The notes beneath the pieces are model-generated. The model did no database searches. It was given only the letters and a program-made list of their open reading frames with translations, and was not told the DNA's origin. Positions 37,617-47,631 of a DNA stretch of 64,000 nt are shown in pieces. This DNA comes from Candidatus Shapirobacteria bacterium (GTDB taxonomy: Bacteria > Patescibacteriota > Microgenomatia > UBA12405 > BS750m-G30): the NCBI GenBank assembly GCA_043817235.1, contig JBDRHA010000011.1, positions 35,223-99,222 on the forward strand, in the 5' to 3' direction. The position numbers and the translations under genes were made by a program. How positions within the stretch are numbered: position 1 is the stretch's first letter; each line of letters starts with the position of its first letter.

Positions 37617-37937
37617 TTACGAGAGCAGGCTTTTACAACGTGAACAAATTCGCTGTTTTTGCCCACTTTTATCCACTAACCAGCTTATTCGAGAAGGCTT
37701 TTTGCATTTCGGGCAGAAAATCCCCAACCTAAAAACAGGAAGAGGCTTTTCAAGATCAATAATTCCTCCCGGCTGATCTTTGCCCTGAGCCTTAACATGC
37801 TTTTTAACAACATTAATACCCTTAACAAGAGCCTTTCTTTTCTTAGTAATAATTGCAACCACCTCGCCCTTTTTACCCCTGTCTCGTCCAGTCAAAACAA
37901 CTACCTGGTCTCCTTTTTTAATTTTTAATTTCTTCAT
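37617..37937 (-). CDS. rplX: 50S ribosomal protein L24 with a C-terminal C4 zinc-ribbon
   Basis: KOW motif GDQVVVLTGRDRGKKGEV; C-terminus CPKCKK...CSRCKS. Confidence 0.8.
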   Translation of the reverse strand: MKKLKIKKGDQVVVLTGRDRGKKGEVVAIITKKRKALVKGINVVKKHVKAQGKDQPGGIIDLEKPLPVFRLGIFCPKCKKPSRISWLVDKSGQKQRICSRCKSLLS

Positions 37938-37938
37938 T

Positions 37939-38304
37939 TTAAATGAGCTCCTTAGCCATTGCCGCTACTTTAGTAAATCCTTTTTCTCTAACTTCGCGAG
38001 CCACCGGACCAAAAATTCTGCTTCCTTTGGGTTCTTGGCCTTCAATAATCACTCCGGCATTATCGTCAAAACGAATATAAGAGCCGTCAGGCCGGCGCTC
38101 CGTCTTTCTAGTGCGCACAATTACAGCTTGCACCTTTTCTCCTTTTTTAACCATTCCTCTAGGTAAAGCCTCAATCACCGAAGCTACCACCACATCCCCC
38201 AGCCGACCCCACTTTCTTTTCCATCCACCCTTGACATGAAAAACTCGCAGGCTTTTGGCGCCAGTATTATCTGCGGATTTCAAAATTGTTCTCAATTGAA
38301 TCAT
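37939..38304 (-). CDS. rplN: 50S ribosomal protein L14
   Basis: [17 protein letters not shown] is the L14 signature. Confidence 0.85.
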   Translation of the reverse strand: MIQLRTILKSADNTGAKSLRVFHVKGGWKRKWGRLGDVVVASVIEALPRGMVKKGEKVQAVIVRTRKTERRPDGSYIRFDDNAGVIIEGQEPKGSRIFGPVAREVREKGFTKVAAMAKELI

Positions 38305-38558
38305 TTCTTTACTTCCTTATTTGCCACAACCTTTATCACTTCAATCACTTCAAACCTTTTTAGCTTACTAAGCGGCCTGGTTTCTCTTATTATTACTTGG
38401 TCTCCTTTTTTTACTTGCTTTTCATCGTGAGCATATAATTTCTTTCTTTTCTTTAGCACCTTCCGGTAAAGCGGGTGAGGGCCCACCCTAGTTATCTCTA
38501 CTACTATAGTTTTATTGACCGAATCGCTAATTACTTTCCCCTTAAACCTTTTGGCCAT
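38301..38558 (-). CDS. rpsQ: 30S ribosomal protein S17
   Basis: S17 OB fold. Confidence 0.85.
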   Translation of the reverse strand: MAKRFKGKVISDSVNKTIVVEITRVGPHPLYRKVLKKRKKLYAHDEKQVKKGDQVIIRETRPLSKLKRFEVIEVIKVVANKEVKK

Positions 38559-38768
38559 TTATTTTTCTCCCTCTAATTCTTTTTGTCTAACTAAAGACTT
38601 TACTAAAGCTATCTTTTTCTTTAAGCGGGTAGTCTTTTTTACATCTTTTCCTTTATCTTGGGCTTTTTTCATCGCCGCTTCTAGTCTATCCTTCTCCAAC
38701 TTCGCCAGCTTTCCCCTCAGCTGGCTAATTGAGCTTTGATCCAGCTCCCGTTTCTCTTTCTTTTTCAT
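38559..38768 (-). CDS. rpmC: 50S ribosomal protein L29
   Basis: L29 helical-hairpin signature. Confidence 0.8.
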   Translation of the reverse strand: MKKKEKRELDQSSISQLRGKLAKLEKDRLEAAMKKAQDKGKDVKKTTRLKKKIALVKSLVRQKELEGEK

Positions 38769-39181
38769 CTGTTTCCCTCTTTAAAGATTAATTTAGTTTT
38801 AAAAGGAATTTTTGCTGCCGCCAAAGTCAGAGCTTCCCGAGCCATTTTTTCCGGTACCCCACCCAGCTCAAAAAGAATCTTGCCCGGCTTAACCACCGCT
38901 ACATGAGTATCAACCTCACCCTTGCCCGCACCCATAGGTGCTCCGGGCGATTTTTTAGTAATCGGCTTATCAGGAAAAGCCCTAATCCACACCTTACCGC
39001 TTCTTTTAGTAAACCCGGTAATTACCCTTCGGGCCGCTTCAATCTGATTGCTCTTAAACCAGCCGCGTTCTAAACTCTTTAATCCAAACTCGCCAAAAGC
39101 CAGTTTATTGCCTCTTTGGCTAAGCCCTCTCATCTTTCCTCTAAACTTTTTCCGATATTTAGTTCTTTTTGGTCCTAACAT
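38765..39181 (-). CDS. rplP: 50S ribosomal protein L16
   Basis: L16 signature. Confidence 0.85.
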   Translation of the reverse strand: MLGPKRTKYRKKFRGKMRGLSQRGNKLAFGEFGLKSLERGWFKSNQIEAARRVITGFTKRSGKVWIRAFPDKPITKKSPGAPMGAGKGEVDTHVAVVKPGKILFELGGVPEKMAREALTLAAAKIPFKTKLIFKEGNR

Positions 39182-39198
39182 TTTTGTTTTCTTTCTGG

Positions 39199-39849
39199 TT
39201 AATCTTTTTCACCCCGATTAATGTAAACTTTAACCCCTACATAGCCTGAACGAGTCAGCGCGGGCACCTCCGCATAATCAATCTCGCTTCTTAGAGAATT
39301 TAAAGAAACCTTGCCTCTTGGATATTTTTCAGTTCGCGAAATCTCTGCTCCGTTCACTCTTCCCGATATAACAATCTTTACTCCTAGTGCTCCTGCTGCC
39401 ATAATTCTGTCTAGGGCATTGCCCGCAACTTTCTGAGCCCTCATTCTTTTTTTCAGCTGATAGGCTACTCTTTGAGCAACCAAACGAGCTGACAAATCCG
39501 GGTTTTTAAATTCTTCCACTTCAAGTTCTAAATTTTTCTCCGGATTGGGAATAGAAACAATTTTTAATAAATCTCTTTTAAGCTCTTCTAGGCTTTTCCC
39601 GCCCCTGCCAATAACCAGGCCAGGCCGGCTTACCAGCAAACCAATCTTAATCTTCTTGTTCATTCTTTCTATTTTTACAGACACAAGGCCAGCAGCAGCA
39701 ACTCTTTCGTTTAAAAACTTACGAATCTTTAAGTCTTCCAAAATTAAATCTGAGTAACTGCCCTTTTTGGCAAACCACTTAGATTCCCAATCAAGATTAG
39801 TGTTTCCTTTTGCCAAACGAAAAGCAATTGGATGAGTTTTTTGCCCCAT
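39199..39849 (-). CDS. rpsC: 30S ribosomal protein S3
   Basis: KH plus S3-C domains. Confidence 0.85.
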   Translation of the reverse strand: MGQKTHPIAFRLAKGNTNLDWESKWFAKKGSYSDLILEDLKIRKFLNERVAAAGLVSVKIERMNKKIKIGLLVSRPGLVIGRGGKSLEELKRDLLKIVSIPNPEKNLELEVEEFKNPDLSARLVAQRVAYQLKKRMRAQKVAGNALDRIMAAGALGVKIVISGRVNGAEISRTEKYPRGKVSLNSLRSEIDYAEVPALTRSGYVGVKVYINRGEKD

Positions 39850-40250
39850 TACTGCCCTTCCCTTCCTATCAGTATTATCCGCACATGGCTCATTCTTTTT
39901 TGTCTTAAACCTTGATTGAAACGAGCTCCGTGAAAACGGTCAACTCTTTTTAATCTTGGTCCTTGCGTAACAACGATTTCTTTAAAGTGGATACTTTCTT
40001 TTTCTAAGCTGAAATTATTCTGGGCGTCAGATAAAGCTGTTTTAATTGCCTTTTTTAAAAGCCTGCTCCCTTTTCTATTCCATAATTCTAAATATTCTAA
40101 AGCCTCAGCTGGACTTAGGCGCTTCACCGCTTCGGCAACCAAACGCAGTTTTCGCGGCGAAATTCGCAAATATTTAGTTTGAGCTGCTACTTCCATCAGC
40201 TTTTCCTTTCTCTTGTCTGTTTTAGTGTTTTTTTTGACTTCTCCTGCCAT
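39849..40250 (-). CDS. rplV: 50S ribosomal protein L22
   Basis: L22 signature. Confidence 0.85.
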   Translation of the reverse strand: MAGEVKKNTKTDKRKEKLMEVAAQTKYLRISPRKLRLVAEAVKRLSPAEALEYLELWNRKGSRLLKKAIKTALSDAQNNFSLEKESIHFKEIVVTQGPRLKRVDRFHGARFNQGLRQKRMSHVRIILIGREGQ

Positions 40251-40251
40251 T

Positions 40252-40530
40252 TTATGTCTTTTCTACAATTCTCTTAACCACTCGGCCATGACCGTGAAAA
40301 GTTCTAGTTAAAGCAAATTCACCCAGCCGATGCCCTACCATTTCCTCAGTCACAAAAACCTTAATAAATTTACGGCCATTGTGAACCAAAAAAGTATGAC
40401 CAATAAATTCCGGCGGAATTTGGCTAGAGCGTGCCCAAGTTCTTAGGGGCTCTTTTTTATCTTTCTGAGCCTTAACCTTAATTAGCAATTTCTCATCAAT
40501 ATATGGTCCTTTTTTTAATGACCGGCTCAT
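40252..40530 (-). CDS. rpsS: 30S ribosomal protein S19
   Basis: [12 protein letters not shown]... is the S19 signature. Confidence 0.85.
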   Translation of the reverse strand: MSRSLKKGPYIDEKLLIKVKAQKDKKEPLRTWARSSQIPPEFIGHTFLVHNGRKFIKVFVTEEMVGHRLGEFALTRTFHGHGRVVKRIVEKT

Positions 40531-41288
40531 TTCTTCCCTCGCTTTAATATTAACCGATTAGAATATTTAACTTTTTTTCTGGTTCTTTTTCCCAAAGCTC
40601 TTTTTCCCCAAGGAGTTTTCGGCGACTTCATTCCTATTGGAGAGCGCCCCTCTCCTCCGCCATGCGGATGAGAATCGGGGTGCTGAGCTACTCCTCTTAC
40701 TGTCGGCCTTATTCCTCGACGACGCTTATCTCCTGCCTTTTTAAGCTTCGTGCTTGACCAACCGACCTGGCCAACCTGGCCAATAGTAGCCCGAACATCC
40801 GAAGAAAACTTTCTGATCTCTCCTGAAGGTAATTTTACCACAATATGGTCTTTTTCTCTCGCCTGGACAAAAGCAGCTCCTCCAGCGCCCCGAACCATTT
40901 GACCACCCTTGCCCGGTTTAATTTCCAAATTATGAACAGGAAGCCCCAAGGGAATGTCTTTAAGCTTTAGAGCATTACCTATCTTAGCTTCCGCTTTTTT
41001 TTCGGCCGAAATAATTTTATCGCCAACTTTCAGGCCATCGGGAGCCAAAATATATCTTCTCTCACCGTCAGGATAAATAATCAAAGCCAGGTCAGCTTGG
41101 CGGTTAGGATCATATTCAATCGCCTCAACTTTACCGGCTATCCCTATCTTATTCCGTTTCCAGTCTATAACTCGCATGTAGCGCTTATGCTCACCGCCCC
41201 GGTGACGAACGCTAATCCTGCCTTGAGCATCTCTGCCGCCAGTTTTTTTTCTAATCTTGGTTAGTTTTTTAATCCTGCCCTTAGACAT
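40527..41288 (-). CDS. rplB: 50S ribosomal protein L2
   Basis: L2 RNA-binding and C-terminal motifs (..HPHGGGEGR..). Confidence 0.85.
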   Translation of the reverse strand: MSKGRIKKLTKIRKKTGGRDAQGRISVRHRGGEHKRYMRVIDWKRNKIGIAGKVEAIEYDPNRQADLALIIYPDGERRYILAPDGLKVGDKIISAEKKAEAKIGNALKLKDIPLGLPVHNLEIKPGKGGQMVRGAGGAAFVQAREKDHIVVKLPSGEIRKFSSDVRATIGQVGQVGWSSTKLKKAGDKRRRGIRPTVRGVAQHPDSHPHGGGEGRSPIGMKSPKTPWGKRALGKRTRKKVKYSNRLILKRGKK

Positions 41289-41562
41289 TTTTAATTTTTT
41301 CTCCTTTTTTAAGCCAAATCATTGCCTTTTTGCTTCTTTTTAAAACAACTTTTCGCTTTTGGCGCCATAAATTTTTAGTTTTAGGTGCAAGATTAATAAT
41401 TCTTACCTTCTGAGCCTCGACGCCCAAATACTCGCCAACTGCTTTTTCAACCATGCCCTTTGTAGCCTGAGGGTGAACATAAAATGACCAAATCCCCTGG
41501 TCTCTTAAACCCATTGCTTTTTCCGTCAAAACCGGTTTTTGAACAACTTGACTTAAGTTCAT
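41281..41562 (-). CDS. rplW: 50S ribosomal protein L23
   Basis: L23 signature. Confidence 0.8.
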   Translation of the reverse strand: MNLSQVVQKPVLTEKAMGLRDQGIWSFYVHPQATKGMVEKAVGEYLGVEAQKVRIINLAPKTKNLWRQKRKVVLKRSKKAMIWLKKGEKIKNV

Positions 41563-42239
41563 TTTTCCAGCCAGTACTTTTCCAGACTAGATAAAGCATT
41601 TTCTTCAAAAATTAACCAGTCACTATTTAAAATCCGATAAGCATTAAGTTGATTGTAATATGCCATCTTTACTTTAGGTAAATTGGCAAAAGAACGGCTA
41701 ATGTTTTCTTTTCCTTTTTTACTTATCAGTAACAAAACCTTTTGGTTGTTCTCTTTGATCGCCTTTTCCAAAAAAAGAGCCGCGGCTTTAGTTTTAGGTT
41801 CAATTTTCTCTAAAGAGGCGGCAATTATTCGTTCTTTTGCCAATTTATCGGAAAGCAAGGAAAATAAGGCTCTTCTGCGCATTTTTTTAGGCATTTTTAA
41901 TTGCCAATTTTGGCTGCCGGTAGGTCCATGCGCTACCCCGCCACCAACAAAAATAGGAGCATAACGATCACCATGCCGGGCCCGACCCGTTCCTTTTTGC
42001 TTCCAAATTTTTCTTCTTGAACCACTTACTTCCCCTCTAGTTTTTGTTTTAGAATGAGCCCTCCTTTGATTAGCCAAATAAACTCGTATTGCCTGGGCAA
42101 CTAATTTTGGCCTTACTTGTTGACCAAATATCTCAGCTGATACATTTATCTTATCTATTTCTTTCCCTTCTAAAGAAAATAGCTTTATTTTCAGCTTTAC
42201 CTTTCGGATCTTCTCTTTTTGTATTACTTTTTTACTCAT
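41559..42239 (-). CDS. rplD: 50S ribosomal protein L4
   Basis: L4 signature. Start trimmed to Met10 of the ORF-track call. Confidence 0.8.
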   Translation of the reverse strand: MSKKVIQKEKIRKVKLKIKLFSLEGKEIDKINVSAEIFGQQVRPKLVAQAIRVYLANQRRAHSKTKTRGEVSGSRRKIWKQKGTGRARHGDRYAPIFVGGGVAHGPTGSQNWQLKMPKKMRRRALFSLLSDKLAKERIIAASLEKIEPKTKAAALFLEKAIKENNQKVLLLISKKGKENISRSFANLPKVKMAYYNQLNAYRILNSDWLIFEENALSSLEKYWLEK

Positions 42240-42903
42240 TGTCTTTAAAATCAAATAGTTGATCAAATTTATTCAATTTTTTGCCCTGTTTTTCCAAAAT
42301 CAGCCAAGAACTATTATATCCGGGAACAGCTCCCTGGACCCAAACTTCCTGTTTTTCCGGATTTACTCTTACCAAAACCAAATTTTTTACTTTACACTTT
42401 TGATTGCCAAAGTGGCCAGGCATTTTTTTTCCTTTAAAAACTCTGCCTGGAGTTTGGGCTCCTATAGCTCCCGGCGCTCTTTCCCGATCAGACTGTCCAT
42501 GAGTCTTTGGCTGGGTAGCAAAACCCCAGCGCTTAACAGCACCGGCAAAGCCTCTTCCTTTGCTTACTCCTGAAACCGCAACCAGCTCCCCAGGCGTAAA
42601 TACCTCTTCCACTTTTAGTTCTTGTCCAGACTTCAAATTACTGCCATCTTCAATTTTCACTTCAGTAACATAAGCTAGATTATCTTTAATGCCCGCTTTT
42701 TTAAAATGACCTACTTGAGGTTTTTTCTTGCTTTTTTTCTTCCCTGAGCCAAGCTGAACTGCTTGATAACCATCTGTTTTATTCGTTTTCACTTGGATAA
42801 TAAAATTTGCAGGCGCATGAAGAATACTAACTGGCCACAACCTACCCTCCAGGTCATAAACCTGGCTCATCTTGAGTTTTTTAAATAACATCCCTTTTAC
42901 CAT
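42232..42903 (-). CDS. rplC: 50S ribosomal protein L3
   Basis: L3 signature. Confidence 0.85.
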   Translation of the reverse strand: MVKGMLFKKLKMSQVYDLEGRLWPVSILHAPANFIIQVKTNKTDGYQAVQLGSGKKKSKKKPQVGHFKKAGIKDNLAYVTEVKIEDGSNLKSGQELKVEEVFTPGELVAVSGVSKGRGFAGAVKRWGFATQPKTHGQSDRERAPGAIGAQTPGRVFKGKKMPGHFGNQKCKVKNLVLVRVNPEKQEVWVQGAVPGYNSSWLILEKQGKKLNKFDQLFDFKDNE

Positions 42904-42913
42904 TTTTTATCTT

Positions 42914-42950
42914 CAGAAAAAAACAGGGCCTTTTTTCGGCCCTTTTTTCC
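42914..42950 (-). terminator. intrinsic terminator/attenuator-like hairpin between rpsJ and rplC
   Basis: The minus strand reads AGGGCC-GAAAAAA-GGCCCU followed by GUUUUUUUCUG, sitting in the 75-nt rpsJ-rplC gap. Confidence 0.4.
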
Positions 42951-42978
42951 ACCTAAATCATTAATCCTTTATTAATTA

Positions 42979-43287
42979 TTACATCTTTATTTCTATATCT
43001 ACGCCGGCTGGCAGCTCTAAGTGCTGTAAGCCGTCAATTACTTTCAGGTTTGCATTGTAGATATCAACCATTCTCTTGTGGATCAATATCTCAAAATGCT
43101 CCCGCGCGTCTTTATCCGTATGCGGGCTGGTAGTAACCACAAATAACCTTCTTTTGGTGGGTAAAGGTACCGGACCAGTAACCCTAGCCCCACCGGTTAC
43201 AGCAGCTTCCACGATCTTAGCCGCTGCCTCGTCAATAATTCGGTGATCGTATGATTTTAAACGTACTCTAATTCTATTTTTAAGCAT
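42979..43287 (-). CDS. rpsJ: 30S ribosomal protein S10
   Basis: S10 signature. Confidence 0.85.
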   Translation of the reverse strand: MLKNRIRVRLKSYDHRIIDEAAAKIVEAAVTGGARVTGPVPLPTKRRLFVVTTSPHTDKDAREHFEILIHKRMVDIYNANLKVIDGLQHLELPAGVDIEIKM

Positions 43288-43312
43288 CTAGCTAATTCGC
43301 TCCCGTTAAGCT

Positions 43313-44500
43313 TTATTTAATGATCTCGGTTACAACACCAGCACCTACGGTCAAGCCGCCCTCTCTTATGGCGAAATGCTGTCCCTTTTCTAAAGCTACA
43401 GGCTTAAGCAGGGCAACTTTAAGATTGGCATTATCGCCAGGCATAACCATTTCTACTCCTTCGGATAATTCAATTGAGCCAGTAACATCCGTTGTGGTCA
43501 CATAAATCTGAGGCCGATAGCCGGAGAAAAATGGTGTATGTCTCCCACCCTCTTCTTTTTTCAAAACATAAACCTCAGCTTTAAACTCCTGATGGGGAGT
43601 AATGCTTCCGGAAGCAGCCAGAACCATGCCTCGCTCAATGTCTTTCTTTTCCACCCCTCTAAGCAAAACTCCTACATTATCTCCAGCCTGACCGGCATCT
43701 AATTGTTTATGAAACATTTCCACCCCGGTCACTACTACTTTGCGAGTTTCGCTCAAACCGACAATCTCTACCTCGTCATTAACCGCCACTTTACCCCGGT
43801 CAATTCGGCCGGTAACTACTGTGCCTCTCCCTTTAATAGAGAAAACGTCTTCAATAGACATAAGGAAAGGCTTATCCAGATCTCTCTTGGGAGTAGGGAT
43901 GTATTCATCAATCGCATTAAGAAGCTCCTCGATAGAATTCTCCGCTTCGGAATCTCCCTCTAATGCTTTAAGAGCCGCGCCTTTAATAATTGGAATTTTG
44001 TCCCCATCGTACTGATACTTTTTCAGCAAGTCTCTTACTTCCATCTCTACCAGATCCAAGAATTCCTTATCTTCAACTAGATCGACTTTATTAAGAAAAA
44101 CAACAATATTAGGAACCTCTACTTGATGAGCAAGTAAAACATGCTCTCGAGTTTGAGGCATGGGGCCGTCTGGAGCAGAAACAACCAAAATTGCTCCATC
44201 CATTTGAGCTGCACCGGTGATCATATTTTTGATGTAGTCAGCATGGCCAGGGCAATCAATATGGGCATAATGTCTTTTCGCTGTTTCGTATTCCACGTGG
44301 GCAACAGCAATAGTCAAAATTTTGCTTTCATCCCGAACTGCCCCTCCCTTGGCAATTTCACTATAAGATTTCTCTTTCGCCATATTCTTTTTTGATAGAT
44401 ACTTTAGTATTGCCGCTGTTAAAGTAGTTTTACCATGGTCAACATGGCCAATAGTACCCACATTAACATGGGGTTTAGTTCTTTCGAATTTTTCTGCCAT
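43313..44500 (-). CDS. tuf: elongation factor Tu
   Basis: [18 protein letters not shown] and NKVD GTPase motifs. Confidence 0.9.
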   Translation of the reverse strand: MAEKFERTKPHVNVGTIGHVDHGKTTLTAAILKYLSKKNMAKEKSYSEIAKGGAVRDESKILTIAVAHVEYETAKRHYAHIDCPGHADYIKNMITGAAQMDGAILVVSAPDGPMPQTREHVLLAHQVEVPNIVVFLNKVDLVEDKEFLDLVEMEVRDLLKKYQYDGDKIPIIKGAALKALEGDSEAENSIEELLNAIDEYIPTPKRDLDKPFLMSIEDVFSIKGRGTVVTGRIDRGKVAVNDEVEIVGLSETRKVVVTGVEMFHKQLDAGQAGDNVGVLLRGVEKKDIERGMVLAASGSITPHQEFKAEVYVLKKEEGGRHTPFFSGYRPQIYVTTTDVTGSIELSEGVEMVMPGDNANLKVALLKPVALEKGQHFAIREGGLTVGAGVVTEIIK

Positions 44501-44581
44501 TTTTTTTAATCCTCCTTAAAAAAATAATCTTTTTTTCAAAACAAAATTTAACCTATAATTAATATCTTTCATATTTTACAA

Positions 44582-46690
44582 TCAAGCATCTTTTTTTTCA
44601 ACATTCGCCAACTGGGCCTGAATGTTTTGAGGAACCTGCTCATAATGAGAAGGCTCCATGTAAGCTGTTCCTCTACCCTGAGTTAAACTCCTGACTATTG
44701 TAACATAACCGCGGATAGAAGCAAGGGGAACCAAGGCATTAATCAGCTTTACCTTCCCCCGCTCTTCTGTTCCCAAGATCTGAGCCCTTCTTCCAGATAA
44801 ATCACCAATTACTGCTCCCAAAAATTCTTCCGGGGTGGTTACTTCTATTTTCATAATAGGTTCCAAAATCACAGGCTCTCCCTTTTTAGCTGCTTCCTGG
44901 AAAGCAATAGACCCGGCAATTTTAAAAGCCATATCCGAAGAATCTACATCGTGATAACTTCCGTCATAAACTGCAGCTAAAATATCAACCAAAGGGAATC
45001 CAGCCACTACTCCTTTTTCTATCGCTTCTTTTGCCCCTTTTTCAATAGCCGGAATAAAATTGGACGGAATGGCTGCACCTTTAATCTCGGAAACAAACTC
45101 AAAACCCGCTCCCCGCTCTCGGGGCTCAAGCCGAATTAAACAATGCCCATACTGCCCCCGTCCTCCCGTCTGGCGAATATATTTTCCTTCTCCTTGAGAA
45201 ACTTTAGTAATCGTCTCCCGATAGGCAACTTGAGGCTGGCCAACATCTACGCCAACGCCAAATTCCCTTCTCATTCTTTCTACAATAATTTCTAAGTGCA
45301 ATTCTCCCATCCCGGCAATAATTGTTTGGCCGGTATCTGGATCTACTTTGGTGTGAAAAGTAGGATCTTCTTCACCTAAGCGATTTAAGGCTTTACTAAG
45401 TTTTTCCTGATCGGCTTTAGTTTTTGGCTCAATAGCCAAAGAAATCACCGGCTCAGGAAATTTTATTTCTCCAAAAACAATCGGGTGATTAGAGTCACAT
45501 AGCGTATCGCCGGTTTTAGACTCATTTAAACCTATTGCCGCCACAATCTCCCCGGCATATGCTTCTTCTATCCCTTCCCTTTTATTGGCATGCATTAATA
45601 GCAAACGACCAAGTCGTTCATTTTTTTGCCGGGTAGAATTGTAAAGCGTACTGCCGGCCCTCACTGTACCCGAATAGATCCGCAGATAAGAAAGCCTGCC
45701 CACGTGAGGATCTGTTTGAATTTTAAAAAGCAGGGCAGAAAAGGGGCTTTGTTTTCGTGGTTCTCTCTCTTCTTTCTCCTCTGTTGCTGGATTAATTCCT
45801 TCTGTGGGAGGCAGATCTAGGGGCGAAGGCAAATAATCAACTACTCCGTCTAAAATTGGCTGAACCCCTTTGTTTCTTAAGGAAGAGCCGCAATAGATAG
45901 GCACCAACTTATTCGCAATAACCGCTTTTCGCAAGCCAGCCTTAAGCTCCTTTAGATTAATTTCCTTCTCCTCTAAATAACTAGCCATCAGCTCCTCGTC
46001 ATGGGTGCAGATATTTTCAATCAGCGCATTACGATATTTTTTTAGCTGATCCTGATACTCTTTGGGGACTTCGCTTTGAGTATATTCCGTACCCAGCTCA
46101 TTTTTATCCCAAATAAGCATCTTTTTTTCTAAAACCGAAATTACGCCGCGAAAGTCATGCTCTTGGCCCACCGGGAAAGTCAAAATTGCCGGTTGGGTAG
46201 AAAAACGATCTTTAATCATCTCCAAAGTATTGCTAAAATCCGCTCCGATTTTATCCATCTTATTGATAAATACTATTCGGGGAACATGGTAGCGGTCCGC
46301 TTGGCGCCAAACTGTTTCAGATTGAGCCTGAACACCTTCTTCGGCATCAAAAACCATAATTGCTCCATCTAGAACCCGCAAAGACCGCTCTACTTCAGCG
46401 GTAAAATCAATATGTCCCGGCGTATCAATAATATTAATTCTCGCCTCACGCCAAAAAGTAGTTACAGCCGCAGACATAATAGTAATTCCCCGCTCGCGCT
46501 CCTGATCCATCCAATCGGTAACCGTATCGCCCTCATCAATATTGCCCATTTTATAGGATCTTCCTGTATAAAACAGAACCCGCTCAGTAGTTGTAGTTTT
46601 ACCGGCATCAATATGGGCAATAATCCCAATATTCCGAACCCGGTCTAAAGGAACTTCACGATTTTTGATAACCTCAATTGGTTCAGCCAT
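44582..46690 (-). CDS. fusA: elongation factor G
   Basis: AHIDAGKTT, DTPGHIDF and NKMD motifs with the five-domain EF-G length. Confidence 0.9.
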   Translation of the reverse strand: MAEPIEVIKNREVPLDRVRNIGIIAHIDAGKTTTTERVLFYTGRSYKMGNIDEGDTVTDWMDQERERGITIMSAAVTTFWREARINIIDTPGHIDFTAEVERSLRVLDGAIMVFDAEEGVQAQSETVWRQADRYHVPRIVFINKMDKIGADFSNTLEMIKDRFSTQPAILTFPVGQEHDFRGVISVLEKKMLIWDKNELGTEYTQSEVPKEYQDQLKKYRNALIENICTHDEELMASYLEEKEINLKELKAGLRKAVIANKLVPIYCGSSLRNKGVQPILDGVVDYLPSPLDLPPTEGINPATEEKEEREPRKQSPFSALLFKIQTDPHVGRLSYLRIYSGTVRAGSTLYNSTRQKNERLGRLLLMHANKREGIEEAYAGEIVAAIGLNESKTGDTLCDSNHPIVFGEIKFPEPVISLAIEPKTKADQEKLSKALNRLGEEDPTFHTKVDPDTGQTIIAGMGELHLEIIVERMRREFGVGVDVGQPQVAYRETITKVSQGEGKYIRQTGGRGQYGHCLIRLEPRERGAGFEFVSEIKGAAIPSNFIPAIEKGAKEAIEKGVVAGFPLVDILAAVYDGSYHDVDSSDMAFKIAGSIAFQEAAKKGEPVILEPIMKIEVTTPEEFLGAVIGDLSGRRAQILGTEERGKVKLINALVPLASIRGYVTIVRSLTQGRGTAYMEPSHYEQVPQNIQAQLANVEKKDA

Positions 46691-46696
46691 AATTTT

Positions 46697-47176
46697 TTAC
46701 CACCTTAAATGAGAAAAAACTCTATTCGCTTCCGCTATTTTTTCTACTTCTTCTTTTTTGCTCATTGCTCCACCTATTCTATTAGCCGCATCCATAATCT
46801 CAGCGGCTAGTTTTTTTTCAAAAGTAGAATATTCTTTGCTGGGTCTTGCTCGGCTATAGCTTATCAGCCAGCGCAAAGCTAAAGCCTCCGCTCTTCTTCC
46901 TTTCAATAATCTAGGCACCTGGTAAGCAGCTCCTCCTATTCGCCTTGAGCGCACTTCTAATTTAGGCTGAAGGTTGCCAATAGCTGTTTCTAGTGCTAAC
47001 AAAGGTTCTTTTTTGGTTTTTTCTTTAACTATATCTAAAGCTCCATATACTTTTTTTTGGGCCAAGCTTTTTTTACCATGTTTCATCACCCCGTTGATTA
47101 GGCGAGATACTAAAACCTGCTGATAAAGGGGATCAGGGGTGATCTTTCTTGTTTTGGCCTTTCCTCTTCTGCTCAT
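46697..47176 (-). CDS. rpsG: 30S ribosomal protein S7
   Basis: S7 signature. Confidence 0.85.
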   Translation of the reverse strand: MSRRGKAKTRKITPDPLYQQVLVSRLINGVMKHGKKSLAQKKVYGALDIVKEKTKKEPLLALETAIGNLQPKLEVRSRRIGGAAYQVPRLLKGRRAEALALRWLISYSRARPSKEYSTFEKKLAAEIMDAANRIGGAMSKKEEVEKIAEANRVFSHLRW

Positions 47177-47178
47177 TT

Positions 47179-47631
47179 TTAGGCTTCACTGCCAGGAGCA
47201 GCCGGTTTCCCTTCGCCAGCTATTTGACCGGCCTTAACTCCGTATTTGCTCCTGGAGCTTTTCCGGCCAACCACTCCTCCGGCATCATACTTTCCTCTAA
47301 TTAAGTGATAGCGAATACCAGGCAAATCCCGAACCTTTCCTCCTCGAACCAGAACCACTGCATGCTCGGCAACATTATGACCAATGCCCGGAATATAGAC
47401 AGTAACTTCTCGGTTGTTGGAAAGCTTAACCTTAGCCACTTTTCGCAAAGCGGAATGAGGTTTAGTAGGGGTCATCGTTTTAACCAAGGTTACCACTCCT
47501 CTTTTTTGAGGGTTAGCTCTCTTGCTGGTTTTATTTTTTAACGAATTATAAATTCCCCGCAAAGCAGGAGTTTTCACTATTTTCTGGCTTTTTTTACGGC
47601 CACGCTTAACTAACTGATTATAGGTTGGCAT
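47179..47631 (-). CDS. rpsL: 30S ribosomal protein S12 (with a ~25-aa C-terminal extension)
   Basis: [25 protein letters not shown]-like motifs. Start set at MPTYNQL (ORF track 47649). Tail [28 protein letters not shown]. Confidence 0.85.
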   Translation of the reverse strand: MPTYNQLVKRGRKKSQKIVKTPALRGIYNSLKNKTSKRANPQKRGVVTLVKTMTPTKPHSALRKVAKVKLSNNREVTVYIPGIGHNVAEHAVVLVRGGKVRDLPGIRYHLIRGKYDAGGVVGRKSSRSKYGVKAGQIAGEGKPAAPGSEA

